A stretch of 64,000 nucleotides of DNA from an uncultured Chloroflexia bacterium (GCA_963710255.1 CAVPZJ010000002.1:87753-151752), one strand, 5' to 3'. Positions 11,136-21,095 are shown, counted from the first letter of the stretch. Numbers and translations are program-made. Notes: generated from the sequence alone by a model not told the origin.

Positions 11136-11357
11136 ATGGCCTGTGTAACCTGGAAAGCGATCAAGGTTCAGTATTGTGAACGGGTGGACGAAGCGGTTGC
11201 CTTGCAGGCCCGCGTCGTATACCCAGCTTCGATCCAGCCCGAGCAGCCGCCGCGCATCCTCGCCCACCGCTGTTCGAAGGGACTGGCGTGCAACCAGATC
11301 GATAAGCCCACCTGCATGTGGGCCGGGACGCTCCCCGGCTACGATCCATTTGCTTGA
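11136..11357 (+). CDS. small cysteine-rich hypothetical protein
   Basis: 73 aa from ATG 11136 (the track starts at GTG 11124). 5 Cys, GC3-biased codons. Followed by the palindromic terminator at 11439. Confidence 0.45.
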   Translation: MACVTWKAIKVQYCERVDEAVALQARVVYPASIQPEQPPRILAHRCSKGLACNQIDKPTCMWAGTLPGYDPFA

Positions 11358-11438
11358 AGCGCCCAGCTAAACGAATGTGCAGAACGACAAGCCCACGCGG
11401 CCGCGCGGGCGGTCTCATCTAGAGATCACTTATTCAAA

Positions 11439-11466
11439 GTAGGGGCGCATCGCGATGCGCCCCTAC
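11439..11466. repeat. 28-nt perfect palindrome GTAGGGGCGCATCGCGATGCGCCCCTAC (REP-like; acts as a bidirectional terminator hairpin)
   Basis: Perfect inverted repeat followed by T6 on the + strand and TTTGAAT on the - strand. Sits between convergent genes. Identical copies at 61324-61351 and 61569-61596. Confidence 0.85.
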
Positions 11467-11487
11467 TTTTTTACCAGGTCACCATCT

Positions 11488-12678
11488 TTAGATAACGCCC
11501 AGTTCACGTCCCACACGTTCGAATGCCCCCAGGCCGTCATCCAGGTCATCGCGGGTGTGCGCAGCCGAAATCATCACCCGCAGGCGCGCCTTGCCATGTG
11601 GAACCGTCGGGTAGCCGATCGCCATCGCAAACACGTTTTGTTCGAACAGGCTGCGGCTGAAGCGCTGCGCAAGCTTGGCATCACCGAGCATGACCGGGGT
11701 GATCGGGGTTGTGCTCACGCCCGTGTCAAAGCCGAGCCCCTGCATCTCGCGCTTGAAGTACTCCGTGTTCTCCCAAAGTTGATCGACGAGTTCGGTCGAT
11801 TCCTCGAGCAGCTCGATCCCGGCCAGGCAGGCGGCGACGTCGGGGACCGTCATGGCCGAGGAGAAGAGGAAGGGGCGGCCGCGCTGGCGGAGCCAGTCGA
11901 CGATTTGCTGGCTGCCGGCGACGACGCCTCCCACGACGCCAAACGCCTTGGAGAGGGTGCCGACCTCGACATCAACCTGACCGTGCAGGTCGAAGTGGTC
12001 GACGATCCCCCGTCCGCCCTTGCCCAGCACGCCTTCGCCGTGTGCGTCGTCAACCATGATCAGGTGACCGAACTCCTGGGCGATGGCGGTCAGGGCGTCA
12101 AGCGGGGCGACATCCCCGTCCATGCTGAACACGCCGTCGGTCACGATCAGCGCCCTCCGGTAGCTGTCCCGTTCGTTGGCCTCGATCTGGCGCCGAAGAT
12201 CGTCGGCGTCGCAATGCGCATAGCGCACGACCCGCGCCCCGGAAAGGCGGCAGCCGTCGATGATGCTGGCATGGTTGAGTTCGTCCGAGAAAATGATGTC
12301 CTCTTTCGAAACGAGCGCCGGGATCGTGGCCAGGTTGGCCGTGAACCCGGATTGGAAGCTGATGGCCGCCTTCACTCGCTTGAACGCGGCCAGCCGGCGT
12401 TCAAGTTCGAGGTGGATGGACATCGTCCCGGCGATGGTGCGGACCGCGGCCGGACCGATGCCGAGCTCATCGATGGCTTGCTTGGCGCGCTGCACCAGTT
12501 TCGGATGGTTGGCAAGTCCCAGGTAGTTGTTCGAACAAAAGTTAAGCACCTCGCTGCCGTCGACCGTCAGCCAGGCGCCCTGGGGTGAGCTGAGCGTTCG
12601 AATCGTATTGAAAAGCCCGGCCTGCTTCAGACCGGTGATTTCCTCCTCGATCCAGGCGGTTTTCATTTCATTTGTCAT
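11488..12678 (-). CDS. kbl: glycine C-acetyltransferase (2-amino-3-ketobutyrate CoA ligase)
   Basis: ATG 12678 inside track ORF 11488..12966. Collinear by eye with E. coli Kbl ([41 protein letters not shown], ...RVMISAAHT...GRELGVI). Confidence 0.9.
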   Translation of the reverse strand: MTNEMKTAWIEEEITGLKQAGLFNTIRTLSSPQGAWLTVDGSEVLNFCSNNYLGLANHPKLVQRAKQAIDELGIGPAAVRTIAGTMSIHLELERRLAAFKRVKAAISFQSGFTANLATIPALVSKEDIIFSDELNHASIIDGCRLSGARVVRYAHCDADDLRRQIEANERDSYRRALIVTDGVFSMDGDVAPLDALTAIAQEFGHLIMVDDAHGEGVLGKGGRGIVDHFDLHGQVDVEVGTLSKAFGVVGGVVAGSQQIVDWLRQRGRPFLFSSAMTVPDVAACLAGIELLEESTELVDQLWENTEYFKREMQGLGFDTGVSTTPITPVMLGDAKLAQRFSRSLFEQNVFAMAIGYPTVPHGKARLRVMISAAHTRDDLDDGLGAFERVGRELGVI

Positions 12679-12713
12679 GGGAGGCCTCTCGCTGCGGGTA
12701 GGGTGGGACTCGG

Positions 12714-12966
12714 CTATGGCTGCTGGTCGGCAAGCGCTCGTTTTTGTGCGTGGCTCAGGTTCTTCAAGCGCGCGTTCGCGGCGCATGGCGCTGGCGCGGT
12801 CCGGCTGCGGCTCGACATATGCGAGCTCGAGCGGTCGGCGGCTGCGCGTATAGCGCGCCCCGCGCCCGGCGTTGTGTTCACGCAGCCGGCGGTCGGGGTC
12901 CGTGGTCCAACCGGTGTAAAAGCTTCCGTCTGCGCACTCGACGATGTAAACGAAGGCTTGTGGCAC
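12714..12966 (-). CDS. GIY-YIG nuclease family protein (UPF0213-like), one +1 frameshift
   Basis: [28 protein letters not shown].... After skipping one base near 12763-12768 it ends [21 protein letters not shown] (TAG 12714-12716). 253 nt (3n+1). As sequenced it fuses to kbl. Confidence 0.8.
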
Positions 12967-13027
12967 GCAAGGATTATACGCCGAGCACGTCCCGCAGGCT
13001 ACGCGGCGGGCCTGCCCGGAGCCGGCA

Positions 13028-14012
13028 TCAGCCCTTTTCTTCGCGCGAGCTGATCCCGAACAAGTTGCCGAAGAACCCCAGCCCCCCCAGGCTCTGGCCC
13101 TGGGTCATGTCTTGCAGAGACCAATCGGCCTTGCTGCGGGCGTCCAGCCAGGCGAAACGCGCCCGGTCCGCCTGGTCGAGATATTCCGAAAGAGCCTGGC
13201 CGTCCTGCTCGGCGACATGTTCGCGCAGCAGCCTCAGTTCCTCGATGATGACGTCCAATTTGCTGAGGACCTTCTCGCGGTTAAGCGTGATGCGCTTCTG
13301 GGCCTGGGATGGGCTGCGGATGCCCACCAACTGCGTGGCGAAGGCAAAGGTTTGGCCCGCCAGCCGCTGCAGCTCCCTCCAGGAAGGAGAACGGGTGGCG
13401 GCACGCAGCAGCGCGGCGCTGAGCAGCGCGGGCAGGTCATCGGTGGCGGCGATGGCCGCGTCGTGCTCGTCCGGGTCGATGAAGAACGGCTGGGCTCCGA
13501 GCAGCGTCGCAAGGTTGACTGCCACGGCCAGCGCACCTTCAGGTGTCTGAGGCAGGTTGGTGATGGCGAGCAGGCCGTCTTGAAAGAGGTCTGCGCTCGG
13601 CAGCCCGGGGGTGAAGGGCGCTTCTTCCAGGCTCTTCGGTCCCACGACCGGCATCGCGGCGACGAAATGCCGCCCTTCGGGCAGGAAATCCTTTGCCCAT
13701 TCGAAGGCGAGCGATTTTATCCCGCCGGTATCCAGCACGAGCGCCCCGTCCTTTAACGTGGGGCCGAGGGACTCGAGATAGAGCTCGACCTCGGAGGTCG
13801 GGATCGATAGGATGACCAGGTCGACGTGCTTGATGGCGCGGCGCGGGTGGGATAGCAGCTCGTCGATCGCACCGGTTTCTAGCGCCTGCTTTACCGGCCT
13901 TCTTGTCCGAGTCATATCCCAGCCGGCGCAGTTCGCCCTCGGCGTTGGCCAGGGCCAACCCGATCGACGCTCCGACCTGGTCCAACCCGATGATCATCAC
14001 TTCATACGCCAT
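13028..14012 (-). CDS. tyrA: prephenate/arogenate dehydrogenase, one +1 frameshift
   Basis: [21 protein letters not shown] (Rossmann) ...[10 protein letters not shown], then continues in the frame of ORF 13028..13915 ([12 protein letters not shown]...). 985 nt (3n+1). Shift at the T/A run 13890-13892. Confidence 0.8.
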
Positions 14013-14021
14013 GGATGCACC

Positions 14022-14543
14022 TCAGTTCCTGTTGTCTGCTTGCTGGAGCAGCACGATGGAAGGCTCCAGGTCGGCAAGAGATGACGCCTCGGCCGGCTCC
14101 TGGTGGAAGCGGATGAGCTGTGCCAGGCGTGCTGAGCCACCATGCCGGGCAACCAATTCCGATCCCCAACGCGGGTGGTGCACCGCGGTCGCGAAGGACT
14201 TTCGCAAGCCGCCAACCCCGTCCGCCTGTCCCATCCTAATTACCCATCCGGGGGCGATCCGGTTCGCCAGGACGACCAGGGCCCGCTCGAGTGGATTGAG
14301 TGGATGGAGGCTTTTCCCGACGTCGTGCAGCAGCGCGGCTGCCAGGAGATCGGGGTCATCTTGCCCGTCCTGCAGCAGATCCTGCAGCACCCGCAGGCTG
14401 TGCACCTGGTCGGCATGGCTCATGTTGAAGAAGAGAGCAGTCAGCGCGGGGGTCAGGACCCGGCTGACGAGCTGGCGTTCACCTGTGCTTATGTGGGGGA
14501 ATACCGAGCGCAGGAATTGCCCCACCCGGTAGGGGATGCCCAT
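14022..14543 (-). CDS. HD domain-containing phosphohydrolase
   Basis: 173 aa. H...HD signature (HSLRV...ALLHDVGK). Confidence 0.7.
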   Translation of the reverse strand: MGIPYRVGQFLRSVFPHISTGERQLVSRVLTPALTALFFNMSHADQVHSLRVLQDLLQDGQDDPDLLAAALLHDVGKSLHPLNPLERALVVLANRIAPGWVIRMGQADGVGGLRKSFATAVHHPRWGSELVARHGGSARLAQLIRFHQEPAEASSLADLEPSIVLLQQADNRN

Positions 14544-14545
14544 CG

Positions 14546-15175
14546 TCAGGATGTAAGCAAGCGGAATACGCTCAAGGCAGGACGACCGATGAGCGTACCG
14601 AGCAAATCGAGCCCTCCGAAGTTGCCCATCAGGATCAACCCGAGGATGATGTACATCCCGTAGGGGCGGATGCGTGCCAGGAACGCCTGCCCGCCCGGCG
14701 GGAGCAGGTAATCGGCCACCTTTTCTCCGTCCAGAGGGTACACGGGGATCAGGTTGAAGAAGAGCAAGATCAAGTTAATGAAGATGAATTGGGCCAGGAG
14801 TTCAGCCGCAAAAGTGGAACTGGCGCCGAAGCTTACGAGACCGGCTCGGAAGGGTATCGCGGCCAGGATGGCGAGCAGCAGGTTGGAGAAGGGCCCGGCG
14901 ATGGCGACCAGCATCATGCCGGCCGGCGTCCGCCGCTGGAGTTGGTAGGGGTTGACCAACACCGGGCGTGCCCAGCCAAATCCGGCTATGATGAGCATGA
15001 GTGAACCCAGCGGATCGAGGTGGGCTAGCGGGTTGAGCGTGAGGCGTCCGTTCAAGCGCGGCGTGTCATCGCCCAGTTGGTCCGCGGTCCAGGCGTGCGC
15101 GAATTCGTGCACGCTTAGCGCGACGACGAGCACGATGATGCGTCCTAGCAGTTCGGTGGTCGAGAGCCCAAGCAT
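14546..15175 (-). CDS. site-2 protease family (M50) zinc metalloprotease
   Basis: ATG 15175 inside ORF 14546..15541. HEFAHAW zinc motif and NLIPVYPLDG motif. Multi-TM. The upstream part of the track ORF is low-complexity and rejected. Confidence 0.8.
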   Translation of the reverse strand: MLGLSTTELLGRIIVLVVALSVHEFAHAWTADQLGDDTPRLNGRLTLNPLAHLDPLGSLMLIIAGFGWARPVLVNPYQLQRRTPAGMMLVAIAGPFSNLLLAILAAIPFRAGLVSFGASSTFAAELLAQFIFINLILLFFNLIPVYPLDGEKVADYLLPPGGQAFLARIRPYGMYIILGLILMGNFGGLDLLGTLIGRPALSVFRLLTS

Positions 15176-15240
15176 AGCGGCGATTATACCAAACAGGCGG
15201 ATGTTATAATCTCCGACCGGCCCCAAGATGAGGAGTGAGC

Positions 15241-15441
15241 ATGCTCCCGGATCTAAAGATGGATGAGATGGTCCGCCTGCGCAAACCGCACCCTTGCGGG
15301 AGCAGCGATTGGCGGGTCGTCCGGCTGGGTGCGGATATCGGCTTGAAGTGTTCGGGATGCGGAAGGCGCATCCTGCTGCCCCGCCGGGAACTTGCACGGC
15401 GGATGAAAAAGCGCCTGTCCGAGAACCCGGACGGCGCTTGA
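15241..15441 (+). CDS. DUF951 family protein
   Basis: [36 protein letters not shown] matches the DUF951 pattern. GAGGAG RBS lies 6 nt before ATG 15241. Confidence 0.75.
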   Translation: MLPDLKMDEMVRLRKPHPCGSSDWRVVRLGADIGLKCSGCGRRILLPRRELARRMKKRLSENPDGA

Positions 15442-15491
15442 TGTCGCAGCCGCAGGAGTACGAACCCCACGGCGCTTGAATTGAGGCAGGT

Positions 15492-15635
15492 TCAGAAGTT
15501 GGCGATGACGTTGCTGAACATATTGCCCACGCCTGAACCAAACAGGGCCAGCATGACGATGACGATGATTCCGACCAGCATGATAATCATCGCGTATTCG
15601 ACTAGTCCCTGGCCTCGTTGGGAAAAAATGATCAT
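15492..15635 (-). CDS. flp: Flp/Fap family type IVb pilin (47 aa, not in the ORF track)
   Basis: MIIFSQRGQGLVEYAMIIMLVGIIVIVMLALFGSGVGNMFSNVIANF*. G-x4-EY processing motif plus hydrophobic helix. GGAGG RBS lies 5 nt upstream of ATG 15635. Confidence 0.8.
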   Translation of the reverse strand: MIIFSQRGQGLVEYAMIIMLVGIIVIVMLALFGSGVGNMFSNVIANF

Positions 15636-15768
15636 AAATGCCTCCAACAAGGCTAATGATAATAAATGCTATCGGTGAGTATACGGCAAAGACGGGCCAG
15701 GGGACAATAGTCCGCAAGTCCATGACCATGGTCCTATGCGCGGGAGACTGGCCAGCGTGCATAAACTG

Positions 15769-16068
15769 ATGATCTTGTTCCACAAAACCGAAGACACGCT
15801 TGAGCTGGAGACCCGCTGGAGCCAGGAATTCGTGCGATTGGCCGAGAAGATGCCCGGGCTGCGCAGGGTCACGGTCAGCCGCATCCTCGGTGGGCCGGCG
15901 GGAGATGCAGATTTGCACCTGGTGCATGAGTTCTACTTCGACGATCTGGGCGCGGTGCAGGCCGCGATGGCCTCCGAGGCCGGGCAGCAAGCCGGCCGGG
16001 CATTGGTGGCGCTCGCCGGTGAACACGTATCGCTGGTGTTTGCTGAACACCTGGAAGAAGAGCGATGA
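15769..16068 (+). CDS. EthD domain protein (TIGR02118-like)
   Basis: MILFHKTEDTLELETRWSQEFVRLAEKMPGLRRV...HEFYFDDLGAVQAAM. Start ambiguous (15736, 15757 or 15769). Confidence 0.6.
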   Translation: MILFHKTEDTLELETRWSQEFVRLAEKMPGLRRVTVSRILGGPAGDADLHLVHEFYFDDLGAVQAAMASEAGQQAGRALVALAGEHVSLVFAEHLEEER

Positions 16069-16121
16069 GCGAAGGACGTCGTATAACCCCATGCGGCGGC
16101 TGGCGAGCGGCCCGGTGAGCA

Positions 16122-16842
16122 ATGAAGGTCGAAGGCGGTTCATCATGGCGACTGGGGGTCCTCGTCGTACTCGTAATCGCCGTCGCGGCGTATTTCTACA
16201 TGAGGGTTCGTCCGCCAAGCGCACGCCTGGCAAGGCTGCGGGCATACTGGGAGGATACCAGCCGGCACGCCGATTGGGTCATCCGGGCCGGGGAACGCTG
16301 CGCTGACGCCCCGTTCGTGATGCCGACCGATGGCTACATCGGTTTCCTGTGGGGTGATTCCTTCCGCCCTGGCCACAAGCATCAAGGCCTGGACATCTTC
16401 GGGCCGAGCGGCCCCGGCGGCCTGGGCGAGACCCCGGTCGTCGCAGCCCATGATGGCTACCTGTCCCGCGACCCTGCCTGGCGTTCGGCTGTCATCCTGC
16501 GCCTGCCCCAGGACCCACTCCTGCCTGAGCGACAGATCTGGCTGTACTATACCCATATGGCGGATGCGGCCGGGAATTCGTTCATCGCACCCGATTTCCC
16601 GGCCGGCACTTCAGAGCAGTTCGTGGCGGCTGGCACCCTGCTCGGGTATCAGGGGAATTACTCGGCTGACCCCGATAATCCCAACGGGGATGCACCTGCA
16701 TTTTTCAATCGTGCGCGACGATGGGCAGGGCCGCTTCCTGAACGAGCTGGACATCATGAACACCCTTGACCCATCCCCCTACCTCGGGTTTGATGTGAGC
16801 GCAGCCGGCGTAGGAGATGGGATCGCCGGCTGCCAGTCATGA
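16122..16842 (+). CDS. M23 family metallopeptidase with N-terminal membrane anchor, one +1 frameshift
   Basis: HKHQGLDIF ... then GNYSADPDNP | TGMHLHFSIV continues in the frame of ORF 16330..16842. 721 nt (3n+1). Shift near 16685. Confidence 0.8.
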
Positions 16843-16849
16843 CCGGTGG

Positions 16850-17668
16850 ATGAGGTTGATGCAAAACGAGAAACCCGGTTTGCCCGCATATCCAGAATTG
16901 AGGGATAAGGTCGTCCTCGTCACTGGCGCAGGTAGAGGCCTGGGACGAGCGATTGCCCGCGCGTTCGCCGCCCAGGGGGCGTACGTGGCGGCCAACGATC
17001 TCACACCGGTCAACCTCGATGATACGCTGGCCTTGATCGAGGCCGAGGGCGGCCAGGCGGAGCCTTTCCTGGCAGATATCTCCCGCAAAATGGAGGTCCA
17101 AACCCTGCTCGCCCAGGTCGCTGAAGCTTACGGTTCGATCGATGTACTGGTAAACAACGCCGGGGTTGCACCCCGCGTCGACCTGCTCTCCATGGATGAG
17201 TGGGACTGGGACAGGACGCTGGCAGTTAACCTGAAAGGACCTTTTCTGCTCACCCAGTCGGCCGGCCGGCGCATGGCCGATGCGGGAGGGGGTGTGATCG
17301 TAAATGTGGCCAGCGCGCATGCTGCAGAAGGGACGCTGGCACAGGCGGGAGCCTACCTGGCGAGCAAGGCAGGCTTGCTGGCCCTGACCCGTCAATCGGC
17401 GCTGGAGCTGGCGGAGCATGGGATCCGGGTGAACGCTGTCTGCCCAGCGCACTTTGCAGGGGAACGTATTCCAGGAACTGCAGACGAAGAACTGCGAACG
17501 GTTTTCAGCGAGTTGCAGGAGGAGGAGATCCGGGCGACCATCGCTGGAGTGGTGCTCTTTCTGTGCTCGAGCCGGGCGAGCTTCCTGACCGGCGAGACGG
17601 TCGTGGTCGATCCAGCAAGGGGTCGGCCTGCCCCGGCTGGCCGGGTTCAGCCCCAGGAGAGGACATAA
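16850..17668 (+). CDS. SDR family oxidoreductase (FabG-like)
   Basis: VVLVTGAGRGLGRAIA, NNAG, and the S...Y...K catalytic pattern (AYLASKAG). Confidence 0.85.
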   Translation: MRLMQNEKPGLPAYPELRDKVVLVTGAGRGLGRAIARAFAAQGAYVAANDLTPVNLDDTLALIEAEGGQAEPFLADISRKMEVQTLLAQVAEAYGSIDVLVNNAGVAPRVDLLSMDEWDWDRTLAVNLKGPFLLTQSAGRRMADAGGGVIVNVASAHAAEGTLAQAGAYLASKAGLLALTRQSALELAEHGIRVNAVCPAHFAGERIPGTADEELRTVFSELQEEEIRATIAGVVLFLCSSRASFLTGETVVVDPARGRPAPAGRVQPQERT

Positions 17669-17671
17669 GCC

Positions 17672-18140
17672 ATGGAAGAGCTATACGCCTACCGGCGCCA
17701 GATGATGGCGCAAGCCCGCGCCCAGGTACAGCGGCTGGCTGGCGGGGTTGAAAAAATCGACCCCGAATCGATGCACACACCGCTGGAAGAAGGGGGTTGG
17801 AGCGCCCACCAGGTCCTGGTCCACATGCGCGACGTTGAACAGCAGGCCTTCTGGCCGCGAGTCGAGGACATGCTCCAGCACGACCAGCCCGAATTGCAGT
17901 ACTTCGATGAAGGGGCATGGATGCAGGAGCATTATGATGAGCAGGAGGACGTCCAGGCCATCCTGGACGGCTTCCAGGAAGCGCGGATGAAGATGTTGGC
18001 AGCGGTGGAAGCGGCTGGATCCAGAGGGATGGAGCCGCGCCGGTCGTCACCCGACCCAGGGGCTGCGCACGGTACAGTGGTGGTTCGAGTACGCGCTGAG
18101 TCATACCGAGGACCACCTGGCCCAGATGTCGATCGATTAA
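17672..18140 (+). CDS. DinB family protein, one +1 frameshift
   Basis: GGWSAHQVLVHMRDVEQ..., then after a shift near 18026-18030, WSRAGRHPTQGLRTVQWWFEYALSHTEDHLAQMSID* (TAA 18138-18140). 469 nt (3n+1). As sequenced it fuses to the next gene. Confidence 0.7.
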
Positions 18141-18184
18141 ACGGACCCGGGAGCGGCTGCCAGGGACGTGGAAGGAGATCCGTG

Positions 18185-18958
18185 ATGGATTACTCAGCAA
18201 TTGTTCCGGAAGTGCAGGGCAAAGTAGGGCTGATACGCATCAACCGGCCGAAAGCCATGAACGCGTTAGACCGAACGGTGATGACCGAACTGACCGGTGC
18301 GCTGCAGGCCTTCGACGAGGACGAGGCAATCGGGGCGATCGTCATCACCGGGGATGACCGTGCTTTCGCCGCCGGTGCGGACATCAAGGAGATGGCGGGA
18401 GCGGGAGCGGTGGATATGCTCATCACCGAGCCGATTGAGCTGTGGGATCGGGTATCCGGGATCCACAAGCCAGTCATCGCAGCCGTATCCGGATGGTGCC
18501 TGGGCGGTGGGTGCGAGCTGGCGATGTCGTGCGACATGATCGTGGCTTCGGAAACGGCCGTCTTCGGTCAACCTGAGATCAACCTGGGCGTTATCCCCGG
18601 CGCCGGCGGGACCCAACGGCTGACACGCGCAGTGGGAAAGGCAACTGCGATGGAGATGGTGCTCAACGACCGCAGGTTGGATGCCCACGAAGCCCTCCAG
18701 TTGGGCCTGGTCAACCGCGTCGTGCCCCGCGAGCGCTATCTGCAGGAGGCGCTGGGGCTTGCGGCCGAGATCGCCGATCGCGCACCGCTCGCTGTCCGCA
18801 TCGGCAAGGAGATGGTGAACCAGGCGTTTGAAACGGTGCTGGCAGAGGGTATCGCGGATGAACGGCGGAGCTTCTACTTCCTGTTCAGTTCCCTCGATCA
18901 AAAAGAGGGCATGCAGGCATTCCTCGAGAAGCGCAAGGCCGGTTGGAAGGGGCGCTGA
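18185..18958 (+). CDS. enoyl-CoA hydratase (crotonase family)
   Basis: ATG 18185 inside ORF 17672..18958. NRPKAMNAL, ITGDDRAFAAGADIKEM, GGGCELAMSCD, FGQPEINLGVIPGAGGTQRL. Confidence 0.9.
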   Translation: MDYSAIVPEVQGKVGLIRINRPKAMNALDRTVMTELTGALQAFDEDEAIGAIVITGDDRAFAAGADIKEMAGAGAVDMLITEPIELWDRVSGIHKPVIAAVSGWCLGGGCELAMSCDMIVASETAVFGQPEINLGVIPGAGGTQRLTRAVGKATAMEMVLNDRRLDAHEALQLGLVNRVVPRERYLQEALGLAAEIADRAPLAVRIGKEMVNQAFETVLAEGIADERRSFYFLFSSLDQKEGMQAFLEKRKAGWKGR

Positions 18959-18999
18959 TAGATGCGCGATACGTCGGGCGATAAGCCAGGATCGATCCC

Positions 19000-19854
19000 A
19001 TGCAACGACGGGGGGTAGATTTGATCCGCCACCGCGAACTGGTTAAGGCTTTTACCAGGCTGGGGCTTGATTCCCACAGCCGGGTCCTCGCGCATGCTGC
19101 ACCGGGTACAGCCAGGTTGCTGGCCGGCGGGGGCGAGAGCCTCGTGGCTGCCCTGGTTTCTGCAACGGAGACGATCATGATGCCGGCCTTCACCCAGCGC
19201 GCCGCCATTGTGCCTCCCTTTGGTCCGGAAGATAACGGGCTTGAGTATGGCGTGGATGATGCCGCCAATTTTGATTCCGAGATTTTCACGCCTGAGATGC
19301 CGGTGGACGTCGAACAGGGAGAGACGGCTGAACTCTTGCGCGGCCACGAGGCGGCCGTGCGTTCCGACCATCCCCTGCTCAGCTTCTCAGCGGTCGGGGC
19401 GGAGGAAAGCCTGGCGGACCAGACTCTGGACGAGCCGCTCGCTCCGCTCGGTTGGATGGCTGAATATGATGCGGACGTGCTCCTGGTAGGGGTAGATCAC
19501 AGGGTGAACGTGGCCCTGCATTGGGCCGAGCGACAAGCCGGGAGGAAGACGTTTGTGCGCTGGGCGCTGACCGAGGGCGGCGTCGCCGTTTGCACGCACA
19601 TGCCCGGCTGTTCAGAAGGCTTTAATGCCATTGAGCAACGCCTGGGAGGCGAGGTGCGCAGGACCGTACTTGGCCCGCTTACCATGGAAGCGATTGCCTT
19701 GCGTGATTTGGTGAACATCGCCGCGGCCTGGATCCGGGAGGACCCGCGCGCGCTGCTCTGTGATCGCCCCTCCTGTCTTGCTTGCGCGGCGGTGAGGAAG
19801 GACGTGCGCCAGGAAGATCCAGCTCAGTCGGAACCCCCGGGGTCAGGTGGTTGA
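19000..19854 (+). CDS. AAC(3)-family N-acetyltransferase-like protein
   Basis: Layout resembles aminoglycoside 3-N-acetyltransferases (LGLDSHSRVLAHAA..GG.ESLVAALVSA.ETIMMPAFT). By-eye call only. Confidence 0.5.
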   Translation: MQRRGVDLIRHRELVKAFTRLGLDSHSRVLAHAAPGTARLLAGGGESLVAALVSATETIMMPAFTQRAAIVPPFGPEDNGLEYGVDDAANFDSEIFTPEMPVDVEQGETAELLRGHEAAVRSDHPLLSFSAVGAEESLADQTLDEPLAPLGWMAEYDADVLLVGVDHRVNVALHWAERQAGRKTFVRWALTEGGVAVCTHMPGCSEGFNAIEQRLGGEVRRTVLGPLTMEAIALRDLVNIAAAWIREDPRALLCDRPSCLACAAVRKDVRQEDPAQSEPPGSGG

Positions 19855-21095
19855 GTCTTGAGGCAGCAAGCTTGAAAACGCTTTACTTCGAGAAGGACGT
19901 CCCGCGGGCGCTGGCCGTCAAGGCGCTGCGCGGCATCTGGCCGGGGGTCGTCTGGAGTCCGCTGGCGCCGTTCCGGGCGGCGGATATTGCGGAACCAGAA
20001 CTGCCGGGTCCCCGGTGGCTGCGGGTGCGCAACAGGCAATGCGGCATCTGCGCCACCGACCTGTCCCTCCTGCGGGTCGACGCCGACCCGCGCGTGGCGC
20101 TTGCGGCCGAGCCCGGGTTGCAGCGCATTTACCTTGGGCATGAGGCGGTGGGGGAGGTGATCGAGGTCGGGACGGCAGTCACCCGCTTCAAGCCCGGGGA
20201 TACCGTCGTGATCGAAGCCCGCCCCATCGGCAGCCCGAATTGTCACACCCAGGAAATCGAACCCCTCTGCCGGCAGTGTGCAGCCGGGCAAAGCCGTTTC
20301 TGCGAGAACGCTTCGCTCGGTCGAGGACCAAACGCAATCGGCGCGGGTTGGAGCGAACGCTATGTCGCCCACGAAACAGAGGTTTGGGCCGTGTCGGAGG
20401 GCATTTCCTTCGACCAGGCCTCCCTGATCGAGCCGATGGCGGTCGGGGTGCATGCCGTGCTGCGGGCACGTCCGGCCGCGGGGGAGAAAGTGCTCGTGGT
20501 AGGTGCTGGGGCGATAGGCCTGCTTACGCTGCAAGCGATAAGGGCTCTTGCCCCAGATGCGGATGTCACCGTGCTGGCGCGCTACGATCATCAGGCGCAG
20601 GCCGCCCGTGCGATGGGGGCGACCCGCATCGTCCCCGACTCAAAGCCCTACGCAGCGCTGGCCGAGGTGACGGGTGCGCGCCACTACCAGGCCCCGTTGA
20701 ACCGGGGGATGCTGTTGGGCGGTTTCGATGTGATTTTCGACTGTGTTGGCAGCGCCACAACGATTACGGACAGCTTGCGGTGGGCCCGGGCACGCGGGAA
20801 GGTGGTCATGGTCGGATCGACCCTGGCTCCGATGCACGCCGACCTCTCACCGATTTTCTACCAGGAAGTCGATCTTATCGGCGCACTTACTTTTGGTATG
20901 GAAGATTGGCAGGGCGGGCGCGTGCACACGTTCGACATCGTGATGCAACTGCTCCTGCAGGGCGCGCTATCGGACGAAGGGATGATCACCCACCGCTACC
21001 CCTTTTCAGCCTACCGCGCCGCCATCGACACCGCACAAGACAAACGCCAGCGTTCGATCAAGGTCACGCTCGTCTTCCCGCAGGATGGTCCCTGA
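19851..21095 (+). CDS. zinc-binding medium-chain alcohol dehydrogenase family protein
   Basis: GICATDL, GHEAVGEV, VLVVGAGAIGLL Rossmann. Start uncertain (TTG 19851 overlapping the upstream stop, or TTG 19872). Confidence 0.8.
   Translation: MSLEAASLKTLYFEKDVPRALAVKALRGIWPGVVWSPLAPFRAADIAEPELPGPRWLRVRNRQCGICATDLSLLRVDADPRVALAAEPGLQRIYLGHEAVGEVIEVGTAVTRFKPGDTVVIEARPIGSPNCHTQEIEPLCRQCAAGQSRFCENASLGRGPNAIGAGWSERYVAHETEVWAVSEGISFDQASLIEPMAVGVHAVLRARPAAGEKVLVVGAGAIGLLTLQAIRALAPDADVTVLARYDHQAQAARAMGATRIVPDSKPYAALAEVTGARHYQAPLNRGMLLGGFDVIFDCVGSATTITDSLRWARARGKVVMVGSTLAPMHADLSPIFYQEVDLIGALTFGMEDWQGGRVHTFDIVMQLLLQGALSDEGMITHRYPFSAYRAAIDTAQDKRQRSIKVTLVFPQDGP

Noticed and set aside
11455-12588. 377-aa + strand ORF
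   Set aside because: Antisense shadow of kbl in high-GC DNA. Low-complexity Arg/Gly/Ala-rich translation with no recognisable domain.
11488-12966. 492-aa GIY-YIG-Kbl fusion protein
   Set aside because: The GIY-YIG domain ends normally (..[16 protein letters not shown]) in the +1 frame. Kbl starts at its own ATG 12678. Read-through is caused by a single inserted base.
12714-14543. GIY-YIG nuclease and HD-domain genes as parts of a defence system
   Set aside because: Both are small single-domain housekeeping-type proteins (UPF0213-like; HD phosphohydrolase) embedded in a metabolic gene string. No partner ATPase, helicase or methyltransferase is present.
15253-16245. 330-aa minus-strand ORF
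   Set aside because: It spans several well-supported + strand genes and the flp gene in a different frame. It has no motifs.
17672-18958. 428-aa DinB-enoyl-CoA hydratase fusion protein
   Set aside because: The DinB C-terminus and its TAA (18138-18140) are in the adjacent frame. The crotonase has its own ATG at 18185.
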